Shown one piece after another: positions 21,435-30,722 of a stretch of 64,000 bases of DNA. The stretch's first letter is position 1, and every line of letters starts with the position of its first letter. The translations under genes were made by a program, and so were the position numbers. The notes under the pieces were generated by a model, which was not told the DNA's origin, ran no database searches, and saw nothing but the letters and a program-made list of their open reading frames with translations. The DNA is from Woronichinia naegeliana WA131 (lineage in GTDB: Bacteria > Cyanobacteriota > Cyanobacteriia > Cyanobacteriales > Microcystaceae): positions 4,308,272 through 4,372,271 of the forward strand of contig CP073041.1 of the NCBI GenBank assembly GCA_025370055.1, given 5' to 3'.

Positions 21435-24182
21435 ATGAAAAACAAAAACTATGGACTCACCTTCGGAAGTTCTGCTCTATTTATTGGAGGCTTGATTTTT
21501 AAATTCTTATGGTTTATATTACTGTTTATCTTGGTTTGGGGGCTTGCAAAATTTATTTCTGAATATTTTCAATTTCTCAAAAAACCAGCAGAATTCTTGA
21601 AGTTAGATAAGTTAGATGAAAAATTTACTTCAATTTTAGATTGGTCATATAAGCATTTTCCTGATCTGTTATACTATGCTTTTTTATTGCGAGTGCCAAT
21701 CATCAGTGGATTAATTTTATTTTTGTTTCCACTTATTTCCTTCCCATTGATTCCCCAGTTTAATGCTTCTAATTTTCTACAAAATATTTTTGTAATGGAA
21801 AGTGGAATACAATTAATCTTAGTTATGTCATGCGCTACATTAACCTCAATAACTGTTGTCTCACTCTTGAAAACTACCCTTGTTTTGATAGATGAAAACT
21901 TCAACGATAAGGAATACTTTCGGTTCGGAAGGTTTATTGGAATGATCGCGCTGTTCCTGCCAACTTGGGTATTATTATTGTTGAATAAAGAAACTAATAT
22001 CGAATGGATTTATTCATTTTTTGGGATAGCAATTAGCGCAATATTACTTGTAATAACTGAGATTTATGAGTATCGCTCTAACCCTATAATAAAGGGGATA
22101 GGCTCTAAAATATCCGATATATCCCAACCTGTAATAAGTGAGATTAGTAATTCACCAATAGGCTCTAAAATATCCGATATATCCCGACCTGTAATAAAGG
22201 GAATCACAACATTAAAAACAAGAAGAATTATCTTTTTTACTATTCAAGTAATTAGTGGACTCTTTTTTTATGGATTAGTTATTTTCTTTAATTGGCCACG
22301 AAATCCAAGTGAAAGTATTTTGCCTAATAACCTTCAAGCACCTACATTACTTTATGTTCTGTTGATGATTTGGATTCTCACTCTTTTTGTAGGATTAGTC
22401 ACTTTTCTTTTTGATAAATCCATTGATAATCAATTAGATAGCCAGAAAAAGTCACTTGGAAAAAAAGTCATTTTTCTTGTAAAAAAAGCCACTAAAATCG
22501 GAGATAATGAAGAAGAAATGAAGTTTACAGTTGAATTTTTAAATAAATTTCAAGAGAAATTTAAATTACTGAATCACACTTTTTACTGGCCTGTTATTCT
22601 CTTCTTAATTATATTTTCTGGTTTAGGCTATGGGACTTTTGGAGTAGATCACTTTTTTAAACTAGAAAACAGTAACACTCCTGTAAAAATGGAAAACTAT
22701 AAGCAGGATTTTCAAGAAGCTATTTGGAATCGTCTTTGTGAAGAAAAGTTTGATATAAAGAAGGAAATTCAAACTTGTAACAAGGACAAAGAACAATCCT
22801 TAGTTGTAGTGGCTGCTAGTGGTGGCGGTATTCAAGCTTCTGGTTGGATGACTCAGGTTTTAGCAGGATTACAAGAGCAAAAATCGGGAATAGGAGAAGA
22901 TTTTACCAAGGCTATTGGTTTAATTAGTTCGACCTCTGGTGGTTCTGTAGGCTCAATGTTTTACTTGGATCAATTTGAGAATGGCATACTGAGTGATCAA
23001 GGCTTGAAAAAAGACGAAAATAAATTATCAAAAGTGGTTAAAAATTCTACAGATGATTGGTTAAATTCCGTCGGCTGGGGATTAGCTTTTCCCGATTTAT
23101 TTCGAGCTATTGGATTACCTGTTGTTCTTAATTGGTTTGGGGAAAATCATAAGTATCTAGACCGAGGATACGCCCTAGAAAAAAATTGGGGAAAAACTTT
23201 AACTGTCGGTGATAAAAAGCCACCGACTTTAGACGATCGACGTAAGAAAATTCTCGCAGGAGAGGTTCCGATCGCTGTTTACAATACAACCCTAGTAGAA
23301 AATGGTCGCCCTTTTTTGGTATCTTCTATGAAATTTGTCGAAGGAACAATGGCGAATTATGCCAGTGAATTATCTGGGAAAAGTGTTGATGATACTGCAT
23401 TAGATTTTAAGACACTTTATAACAATTGTGGGACAAACGGAGATCAACCCTGTGATCTCACACTAACAACAGCAGCCCGACTCTCTGCCAGTTTTCCTTA
23501 CGTTACTCCAATGGCGCGTAATGATCGAGAAAACATCATTAAAAATAAAGAAGGTCAAAATATTAAAGTTAAAGACAAAAATGGTAACGACACTGATTTT
23601 TTACAAAACTATCACATTGCTGATGGTGGATATTATGACAATTCAGGTGCATTCACGGCAATGAATTGGTTAAATAATTTTCTAGAATACAATAATTCTC
23701 TGAAAAATAAAGATCATCGAATCAACATCAAAAAGGTGATAATATTGCAGATTAATGCTTTTCCAGAAGATAAACTAGAGCTAGATCAACATGGAAGTCC
23801 AGGGTTTGTTGTTACTACCATTGGCCCTGTAAATACCTTAAACGGCATTCGGGACTCTACTCAAATTGGCCGTAATAAATTATTTGCAGAACTCCTTAAA
23901 GACCGTTGGCATAATGATAAGAATGAGGAAAATAACATCAGTATTCAAGACTTCACTATTTCTTTTCCAGAATCAAAACCATTAAAGGATAAAGATGGCA
24001 ATGTAGTCAAGGATAAAGATGGCAATCTGGTCAAAATACCTTACAATCCTCCTTTATCATGGCGACTAACCGAAAGTCAAAAAATGAACCTAGTAGAAGC
24101 TTGGCAGCAAGATACGGACATACGGGAAACTGTAGAAAAAATGAAAACATTCTGGACTCCTGAAGCAAAAGCTAAAATTTAA
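21435..24182 (+). CDS. Multi-pass membrane protein with a C-terminal patatin-like phospholipase domain (915 aa)
   Basis: N-terminal ~330 aa are strongly hydrophobic (multiple TM helices) with an internal direct repeat (IGSKISDISQPVI / IGSKISDISRPVI). Patatin motifs are the oxyanion-hole ASGGGIQASGW, a nucleophile-elbow-like SSTSGGS, and the catalytic Asp in HIADGGYYDNSGA. Confidence 0.65.
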   Translation: MKNKNYGLTFGSSALFIGGLIFKFLWFILLFILVWGLAKFISEYFQFLKKPAEFLKLDKLDEKFTSILDWSYKHFPDLLYYAFLLRVPIISGLILFLFPLISFPLIPQFNASNFLQNIFVMESGIQLILVMSCATLTSITVVSLLKTTLVLIDENFNDKEYFRFGRFIGMIALFLPTWVLLLLNKETNIEWIYSFFGIAISAILLVITEIYEYRSNPIIKGIGSKISDISQPVISEISNSPIGSKISDISRPVIKGITTLKTRRIIFFTIQVISGLFFYGLVIFFNWPRNPSESILPNNLQAPTLLYVLLMIWILTLFVGLVTFLFDKSIDNQLDSQKKSLGKKVIFLVKKATKIGDNEEEMKFTVEFLNKFQEKFKLLNHTFYWPVILFLIIFSGLGYGTFGVDHFFKLENSNTPVKMENYKQDFQEAIWNRLCEEKFDIKKEIQTCNKDKEQSLVVVAASGGGIQASGWMTQVLAGLQEQKSGIGEDFTKAIGLISSTSGGSVGSMFYLDQFENGILSDQGLKKDENKLSKVVKNSTDDWLNSVGWGLAFPDLFRAIGLPVVLNWFGENHKYLDRGYALEKNWGKTLTVGDKKPPTLDDRRKKILAGEVPIAVYNTTLVENGRPFLVSSMKFVEGTMANYASELSGKSVDDTALDFKTLYNNCGTNGDQPCDLTLTTAARLSASFPYVTPMARNDRENIIKNKEGQNIKVKDKNGNDTDFLQNYHIADGGYYDNSGAFTAMNWLNNFLEYNNSLKNKDHRINIKKVIILQINAFPEDKLELDQHGSPGFVVTTIGPVNTLNGIRDSTQIGRNKLFAELLKDRWHNDKNEENNISIQDFTISFPESKPLKDKDGNVVKDKDGNLVKIPYNPPLSWRLTESQKMNLVEAWQQDTDIRETVEKMKTFWTPEAKAKI

Positions 24183-24455
24183 GTTATTCAAAGGCGATCG
24201 CATTCTCAAATTTACGTGGTGCGATCGCTTTTTGTGAGGATGAGATTGATGAGGCGATCGCTCTTTTTTTCTCATAGGGCGATCGCGTTTTATGTCCTGA
24301 ACTAACTTGCAAAGGGCTAGTTTAATGCGCTCTAGTTGGGGGGGATTCCCTGCTATCACTCTTTGAGTTTTTACGCGATCGCAACCCTTTTGCTAAAAAG
24401 TTACGGAAAATTGCGTTAAAATTGAGTGCTAATATCTAACTTGTGAGTAGTCTCT

Positions 24456-24758
24456 ATGGTAAATTTCTCCAAGCGATCAATCACCTCTCTCGAACTGCTC
24501 ATTTCTGAAATAGAAGCCACACCTAGAGAGTATTGGACAGAACTACTAGAAACCTTGCGCCAATTTCGGCAGACAATTCCGTTAACAAACTCACCCGTTA
24601 TTAACGCAGAACAAGCTCAAAAAAATCAAGCCGCGATTGATCTTTTAGACTCCTGGTTGAGTGAAGATGAAGATGCTTCAGAACATCAACAAACTTGGGA
24701 CTATTTAAAAAAGGTTATGGATGAAGACCGTTTATCAGATCGTCCTCTATTCCCATGA
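24456..24758 (+). CDS. Putative antitoxin (100 aa) of a type II TA pair
   Basis: Small acidic protein whose stop overlaps the start of the downstream PIN-like gene (ATGA overlap at 24755). Confidence 0.45.
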   Translation: MVNFSKRSITSLELLISEIEATPREYWTELLETLRQFRQTIPLTNSPVINAEQAQKNQAAIDLLDSWLSEDEDASEHQQTWDYLKKVMDEDRLSDRPLFP

Positions 24759-25207
24759 ACCGCTTAATTTTATTAGATTCGGGGCCGTTAGGCATGGTGA
24801 CAAATCCCAAGGCAAAAGGACTTCCGCTTGCTTGTCAACAGTGGCTAAAAAGGCTTCTAAAACGAGGTGAACGATTTGCAATTCCTGAAATTGCAGATTA
24901 TGAGGTACGTCGAGAATTGCTCCGTGCCAATTTATTGAAAAGTGTTCATCGTCTCGATCATTTAACCCAAACGCTTGAATATATTCCTATTCAAACAGAT
25001 ACCATGTTGTTAGCTGCAAGTCTTTGGGCAGAAGTCAGAAAAATGGGACAACCAACGGCCGATCCCAAGGCATTAGATGGAGATGTTATTCTAGCTGCTC
25101 AAGCGCAAATATTGGCTAATAAGATGACACCAGTAATTATTGCGACAACTAATGTTGGTCATTTGAGCCGATTTGCTACAGCCTTAAATTGGCAGGACAT
25201 TGATTAG
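24755..25207 (+). CDS. PIN-domain (VapC-like) putative toxin
   Basis: N-terminal ILLDSGPLGMVTNP (PIN first acidic residue context), ~150 aa, 4-nt overlap with the upstream small gene. Confidence 0.5.
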   Translation: MNRLILLDSGPLGMVTNPKAKGLPLACQQWLKRLLKRGERFAIPEIADYEVRRELLRANLLKSVHRLDHLTQTLEYIPIQTDTMLLAASLWAEVRKMGQPTADPKALDGDVILAAQAQILANKMTPVIIATTNVGHLSRFATALNWQDID

Positions 25208-25414
25208 TTTTAAAGACGCGATCGCTTTTTAATATTTTTGCTCAGACTATCCGAAAAATGTTAGCTGGAAAATTTTTTCGTTGGAGAGCTAGTTTGACGC
25301 GGTTTAGTTGGGCTATTGGACTCTCAGCGATCGCTTATATTTCTCTCTATTAATCAAACTTTGGGAAGACGCGATCGCACAGGAGAAATTGTTATTCCGC
25401 CATCAGGATATGCT

Positions 25415-25741
25415 ATGATGCGGGGTATTTCAGTTTTCAAAAGTGGCAATGACTTGGAACTAGCATTTGAATGGGATAAACAGAAAGCAAAAGCAAATCA
25501 AAGAAAACATAGCATTGCTTTTGAAGAAGCATCCACCGCATTTGATGATCCCTTAGCTGTAAATTTCGATGATCCTGACCATTCTTCAGGGGAAAATCGC
25601 TATCTTATAATAGGTTTATCAGACCAAGGTAAATTTCTATTTGTTTCTTATACGGATCGTAATCATAAAATTCGTTTAATTAGTGCAAGATTAGTTACCC
25701 CCAAAGAAAGGAGATCTTATGAACGAGAAAATCCAAAATGA
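25415..25741 (+). CDS. brnT: BrnT-family (DUF497) toxin
   Basis: FEWDKQKAKANQRKHSIAFEEASTAFDDP...IRLISARLVTPKERRSYE matches the BrnT ribonuclease signature. ATG ATG at 25415 is chosen as the start (the ORF track begins earlier at 25316). Confidence 0.7.
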   Translation: MMRGISVFKSGNDLELAFEWDKQKAKANQRKHSIAFEEASTAFDDPLAVNFDDPDHSSGENRYLIIGLSDQGKFLFVSYTDRNHKIRLISARLVTPKERRSYERENPK

Positions 25742-25994
25742 ATTAGAAGACGACTTACGAGAAGAATATGATTTAAGTCAACTTAAAAATCCTGTTCGCG
25801 GAAAATATTACCAACAATATCGGGAAGGTCATAGCGTTACGATTCATCATGAAGATGGCACAAAAACGGTTGAACATTTTCCAGCGCGAAATGATGTAAT
25901 TATTCTTGATCCTGATGTAAAGAAATATTTTCCTAATTCGGAATCTGTTAATTCTACTTTAAGAAGTTTAATTAAATTGATTCCTCAACAATAG
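25719..25994 (+). CDS. brnA: BrnA-like antitoxin
   Basis: 91 aa, overlaps the BrnT 3' end; the toxin-then-antitoxin order is typical of brnTA. Confidence 0.6.
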   Translation: MNEKIQNELEDDLREEYDLSQLKNPVRGKYYQQYREGHSVTIHHEDGTKTVEHFPARNDVIILDPDVKKYFPNSESVNSTLRSLIKLIPQQ

Positions 25995-26395
25995 CTAGTA
26001 GGCAGGGATGGCGATCGCTTTTCTATGTTTTAACTAAATTGCGATCTTTTTGATGTTTTAAACTAAATTGTGATCGCTCTTCTTTCTTATCATAGGGCGA
26101 TCACTTTTTAAATGTGAGAGTTTAGAGGTGATTGCCTTTTTGAAGATTGAATTAAATTGCGATCGCTCTCCAAAATTAATATAGGGCGATCGCATTTTTT
26201 GATCTTCAACTAATCCGCGATCGCTTTTTATATCTTTAACAAACTGCGATCGCTTTTCTGTCTTGAATTCAATTGCAATTTTCTATATCTTGAACTAAAT
26301 TTTCATTGATTTCAATCCCATAACCTTAAAAATAAGTCTTACTTGCCAAGAAAGGGATTGCGTACTTCAGCACGTGTATGATAAAGTATGACAAT

Positions 26396-26734
26396 ATGAT
26401 TAAACCCGTAAAGCCAAAAACTTTAACCGTTTATCAGGATGCAGATGGAAACGAGCCATTCACAAACTGGCTTAATAGCTTACGTGATGTTCAGGGGCGT
26501 AAGAGGATCAGTGCCAGATTAAGACGGCTAGAGCAGGGGAATTACGGAGATTGTGAACCAATCTGTGAAGGACTTTCAGAATTACGAATGTTCTTTAGTC
26601 CAGGCTACCGTGTATATTTCGGGGAAGAGGGTGACAACATTGTGCTTTTGCTGTGTGGCGGCGACAAAAGTAGCCAAACACAGGATATTGAAGCAGCTAA
26701 AGCTTATTGGAAGGAGCATCTAAATCATGCGTAA
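26396..26734 (+). CDS. Addiction-module killer protein (RelE/HigB-like)
   Basis: RLRRLEQGNYGDCEPICEGLSELRMFFSPGYRVYFGEEGDNIVLLLCGGDKSSQTQDI matches the conserved RelE/HigB-related killer-protein pattern; the 3' end overlaps the following antidote gene. Confidence 0.7.
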   Translation: MIKPVKPKTLTVYQDADGNEPFTNWLNSLRDVQGRKRISARLRRLEQGNYGDCEPICEGLSELRMFFSPGYRVYFGEEGDNIVLLLCGGDKSSQTQDIEAAKAYWKEHLNHA

Positions 26735-27041
26735 ATACAGAACATTTGACCAAGTTGAAGAAGAATACTACCGCGAACATCCAGAAGAAATTGATAGTTT
26801 TCTAACTGTTACCTTTGAGGAATATGCAAAGGACAATGATACAGGTGCTTTATTGTCCGCATTGTGTATGATTAGCCGTGTCAAAGCAGTTACAGCAGAA
26901 GCCGCAGGGATGAGTCAGAAAAAACTACGCAAAGTATTGTCAGAGCAGGGAAAACCACTTTTTGAGAATGTAAACGCGATTCTACATACTATGGGCTATC
27001 AGCTTGTTCCCCAAGCTTTGACTATGGATGTCAGAGACTAA
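26727..27041 (+). CDS. Addiction-module antidote protein (HigA-like HTH)
   Basis: 104 aa; overlaps the killer gene by 8 nt; HTH-type antitoxin size and position. Confidence 0.6.
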   Translation: MRKYRTFDQVEEEYYREHPEEIDSFLTVTFEEYAKDNDTGALLSALCMISRVKAVTAEAAGMSQKKLRKVLSEQGKPLFENVNAILHTMGYQLVPQALTMDVRD

Positions 27042-27453
27042 AATACGTCTCTAAATTATTAGCGTAGATATTGCCTTGGAGCGGTATTGCATTCAATGTC
27101 TTTGGTATTGCGATCGCGTTTTTATATCTTGAACTGATTTGCGATCGCTTTTCTGTCTTGAATTCAATTGCGATCGCTTTTTTATGTGTTGAGTTAAACT
27201 GCGATCGATTCCTAAGTCTAAACTCAAAACGCGATCGCAGATTAATTAATAGTTGATAGTGAATAGTTGATAATTATCCATTGTCAATTGTCCATTATCC
27301 ATTGAAGCCCGCGATCGCCCTTTCACTTCACAAAAAGCGATCGCCCTTTTAATTAATAGTTGATAATGAATAGTTGATAATTGTCCGTTGGAACGCGATC
27401 GCAGATAATCCATTAAAATAGAGAAAACCAAAGATGATAAAGGTAGATAATCT

Positions 27454-28041
27454 ATGGCAACCACCGCAGACGATGTATGGCGACTCCTCGCCGAATTGGC
27501 CACCAGTCAATCTGAGTTAACGGCGGCTCAAAAGGAAACTGACCTACAACTGAAGGAAGTTAGTCAGGCTCAGAAGGCGACTGACCGCCAACTCAAAGAA
27601 TTAGGTAAGCAAATTGGGGGACTCGGTTCAAAATTTGGCAGCTTTACCGAAGGTCTTGCTCTTCCTTCAATGGAAAAGATTCTCAGACAACGGTTTGGAA
27701 TGAAGGTCGTCAGTCCCAGTGTACGAGCCAGCGAAGATGGAAAGCATATAGAAATTGATGTCCTCGCCTATACCAATGGCAATTTGAATACTGCCTATAT
27801 TGTGGAAGTTAAAAGTCATGCAAGAGAGGACTCTATTACTCAATTAAAAAGTATTTTGCAACGTTTTCGTACCTTTTTCCCTGAACACAAAGATAAACAA
27901 CTCTATGGTATTTTAGCGGCGGTTGATATGTCCCCTGAATTACGCGAAAAAACTCTACAAGAAGGATTTTATGTTGCTCGTATTCACGACCAAGTTTTTG
28001 AACTGGATACTCCTGAAAATTTTCAACCTCAAAGTTATTAG
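27454..28041 (+). CDS. DUF3782-like protein (N-terminal coiled coil plus restriction-endonuclease-like C-terminal domain), copy 1
   Basis: 195 aa; layout ...EIDVLAYTNG...AYIVEVKS...FFPEHKDKQLYGILAAVDM. Part of an ~830-bp tandem duplication (27388-28060 vs 28222-28890). Confidence 0.55.
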   Translation: MATTADDVWRLLAELATSQSELTAAQKETDLQLKEVSQAQKATDRQLKELGKQIGGLGSKFGSFTEGLALPSMEKILRQRFGMKVVSPSVRASEDGKHIEIDVLAYTNGNLNTAYIVEVKSHAREDSITQLKSILQRFRTFFPEHKDKQLYGILAAVDMSPELREKTLQEGFYVARIHDQVFELDTPENFQPQSY

Positions 28042-28283
28042 TTTGGTTTCCTTTTTTCAAGCCGACCTACGAAACGGCGATCGCCTTTCCAAATCTTTTC
28101 AATAAAAAAGCGATCGCACCTTAAAACGTAATCGGGAACTGCGATCATCTTTCCAAGTCTTTACGGTAAAAATGCGATCGCCGATTAATTGATAGTTGAT
28201 AGTTGATAGTTTTAAATTGAAAACGCGATCGCAGATAATCCATTAAAATAGAGAAAACCAAAGATGATAAAGGTAGATAATCT

Positions 28284-28871
28284 ATGGCAACCACCGCAGA
28301 CGATGTATGGCGACTCCTCGCCGAATTGGCCACCAGTCAATCTGAGTTAACGGCGGCTCAAAAGGAAACTGACCTACAACTGAAGGAAGTTAGTCAGGCT
28401 CAGAAGGCGACTGACCGCCAACTCAAAGAATTAGGTAAGCAAATTGGGGGACTCGGTTCAAAATTTGGCAGTTTTACCGAAGGTCTTGCTCTTCCTGCAA
28501 TGGAAAAGATTCTCAGACAACGGTTTGGAATGAAGGTTGTCAGTCCCAGTGTACGGGCCAGCGAAGATGGAAAGCATATAGAAATTGATGTCCTCGCCTA
28601 TACCAATGGTAATCTGAATACTGCCTATATTGTGGAGGTTAAAAGTCATGTAAAAGAGGACTCTATTACCCAATTAAAAAGTATTTTGCAACGTTTTCGT
28701 ACCTTTTTCCCTGAACACAAAGATAAACAACTCTATGGTATTTTAGCGGCTGTTGATATGTCTCCTGAATTACGCGAAAAAACTCTACAAGAAGGATTTT
28801 ATGTTGCTCGTATTCACGACCAAGTTTTTGAACTGGATACTCCTGAAAATTTTCAACCTCAAAGTTATTAG
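28284..28871 (+). CDS. DUF3782-like protein, copy 2 (tandem duplicate; 3 aa substitutions relative to copy 1)
   Basis: Near-identical translation to 27454-28041 (S72A, A123V, R124K). Confidence 0.55.
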   Translation: MATTADDVWRLLAELATSQSELTAAQKETDLQLKEVSQAQKATDRQLKELGKQIGGLGSKFGSFTEGLALPAMEKILRQRFGMKVVSPSVRASEDGKHIEIDVLAYTNGNLNTAYIVEVKSHVKEDSITQLKSILQRFRTFFPEHKDKQLYGILAAVDMSPELREKTLQEGFYVARIHDQVFELDTPENFQPQSY

Positions 28872-29070
28872 TTTGGTTTCTTTTTTTCAAGCCAATCTAC
28901 GAAGCAGCGATCGCACTTTTCAATCATAAACAATAAAACAGTGATTGCTTCCTAGGCCGAAACTCAAAATGCGATCGCCGTCTCCTGCTTCTGTATTGCA
29001 ATTTTTTAACTGTTAGGGCATAATGATTATGTTGGTATTGCTGGCCCGATTGAAAGCGACAAATTAAGCC

Positions 29071-29550
29071 ATGAACAAAAATCGTCTAAAAGAGATTGAG
29101 TCTCTTCTTGAACAACTTTACGAACAAAGACGGGAAAAGGAACAGGCTATTATTACGGCTCCAGCAGGCAGCAAAACAATCCTAAAACAGCAACTTCGGT
29201 CAGATATTCTTCCATTCATTCAGGCTTATGAAAAAGAATATTGGGAAATTATCGCTACTCAGTCCAATCTAGCTGAGATTCTAGAAGCGGAAGCTGAAGT
29301 GGTTATCGCCGAATTTGTGGAAGGAGTCGGACAAATTCATGGAGAAAATGCGAAAATTATAGAATATTTGCAAAAAATCCTCGCTAAAGTGGAACAACCT
29401 GGCCCAACAGCAGCCGCTAAACTTAAAACGGTTATTTCTTCGATTCCTCCTTTTGTGGGAATTTCCTATGAAGCAGAATTAGATACAGAAAATTTCTTAA
29501 ATCGGCATTTTCCTCTATTGATGAAGGGAGTGCAACGCCTAAAAAAGTAG
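29071..29550 (+). CDS. Hypothetical alpha-helical protein (159 aa), first gene of a 4-gene operon
   Basis: ATG start, coiled-coil N-terminus, 57-bp gap to the next gene. Confidence 0.45.
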   Translation: MNKNRLKEIESLLEQLYEQRREKEQAIITAPAGSKTILKQQLRSDILPFIQAYEKEYWEIIATQSNLAEILEAEAEVVIAEFVEGVGQIHGENAKIIEYLQKILAKVEQPGPTAAAKLKTVISSIPPFVGISYEAELDTENFLNRHFPLLMKGVQRLKK

Positions 29551-29606
29551 TAGGTAAGGATGTCACTTCAGCCAAACAAGAAGAAACTCCTCAAAAGAGT
29601 TCGTCA

Positions 29607-30686
29607 AAAATAATTCTGATCTTAGCTTCTAGTCCAACGGATGAAGCAAGATTACGGCTAGATCAAGAGGTACGAGAAATTGACGAGGGTTTGAGAAGAT
29701 CGCGGACAAGAGAAAAATTAACCTTACAGCAACGTTGGGCGGTTCGCCCTGATGTTTTACGTCGAGCGTTACTAGACTTTAATCCTCAGATTCTCCACTT
29801 TTGTGGGCATGGTTCAGGAGAAAATGGTTTAGTCCTCGAAAATGATACGGGCGAGGCAAAACTTGTATCTACGGAGGCATTAGCAAACTTATTGAAACGG
29901 TTTGCAGATAGAGGATTGGAGTGTGTTGTTCTCAATGCTTGCTATTCGGAAGTTCAAGCCAATGCGATCATCGAACATATTGATTATGTGATCGGTATGG
30001 ATAGTTCGATCAGTGATAGAGCGGCCATTAAGTTTGTACAGGGTTTTTATGACGAATTGGGTGCTGGTTGGTCGTATGAGGATGCTTTTCAAGGTGGCTG
30101 TGATGCGATCGCATTGGAAGGTATTCAACAGGAACATATACCGATTTTAAAAAGAAAGTCTCAATTTAAAAAGCCAAGCTCTCCTAATGAACCTGATATA
30201 CAAATTCCCGCAACTTTGGGATCTGAGAATAGTAAATTAAAAGGAAATTATGATCAACTTCAATCTTTATTAGCCGAGAAGAACTGGAAAGAAGCAGATT
30301 GGGAAACAATGCAGATTCTGCTTCGTATTGCTGAGAGAACTGAACAAGGTTGGCTACTAAGTATTGACGAAATTCCCTCTGAAGACATCAGAAAAATAGA
30401 TTTTCTCTGGTTAGATGCCAGCAAAGGCAAATTTGGTTATAATGTACAAAAGAATATCTGGCTGAATGTCCAAGGTGAACTTGGTGTATTTGACACCTTA
30501 GTATTTTATAAATTCGCCAAACAAGTAGGTTGGCAAGTAAACGAACAGTTGCGAATGAACTATGACGATTTTGATTTTTCCTTAAATGCACCTAACGGCC
30601 ATTTACCCACATTTAGATTTCCTTCTGATACCGATCAGTTAGGAACATGGCTTGATGCTTTCAAGGATTTTTTACCTCGATTATAA
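29607..30686 (+). CDS. Caspase-like (CHAT-type, His-Cys dyad) peptidase domain fused to a C-terminal GUN4-like domain. Non-ATG start; the annotated TTG at 29691 is probably too far downstream.
   Basis: The frame is open from 29472 and encodes ...IILILASSPTDEARLRLDQEVREIDEGLRRS... upstream of 29691. Motifs HFCGHGSGENGLVLEND (His) and VVLNACYSE (Cys). C-terminal WKEADWETMQILLRIAE...IRKIDFLWLDASKGKFGYNVQKNIW matches the GUN4 fold signature. Confidence 0.6.
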   Translation, partial: KIILILASSPTDEARLRLDQEVREIDEGLRRSRTREKLTLQQRWAVRPDVLRRALLDFNPQILHFCGHGSGENGLVLENDTGEAKLVSTEALANLLKRFADRGLECVVLNACYSEVQANAIIEHIDYVIGMDSSISDRAAIKFVQGFYDELGAGWSYEDAFQGGCDAIALEGIQQEHIPILKRKSQFKKPSSPNEPDIQIPATLGSENSKLKGNYDQLQSLLAEKNWKEADWETMQILLRIAERTEQGWLLSIDEIPSEDIRKIDFLWLDASKGKFGYNVQKNIWLNVQGELGVFDTLVFYKFAKQVGWQVNEQLRMNYDDFDFSLNAPNGHLPTFRFPSDTDQLGTWLDAFKDFLPRL

Positions 30687-30722
30687 ATTTACATTCTAAA
30701 ATAGTAAAAGGAGACACAAACA

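Noticed and set aside
24090-24359. 89-aa minus-strand ORF in the HIP1 repeat region downstream of the patatin gene
   Set aside because: It falls in a repeat array and partly overlaps the patatin 3' end; its composition reflects the repeats.
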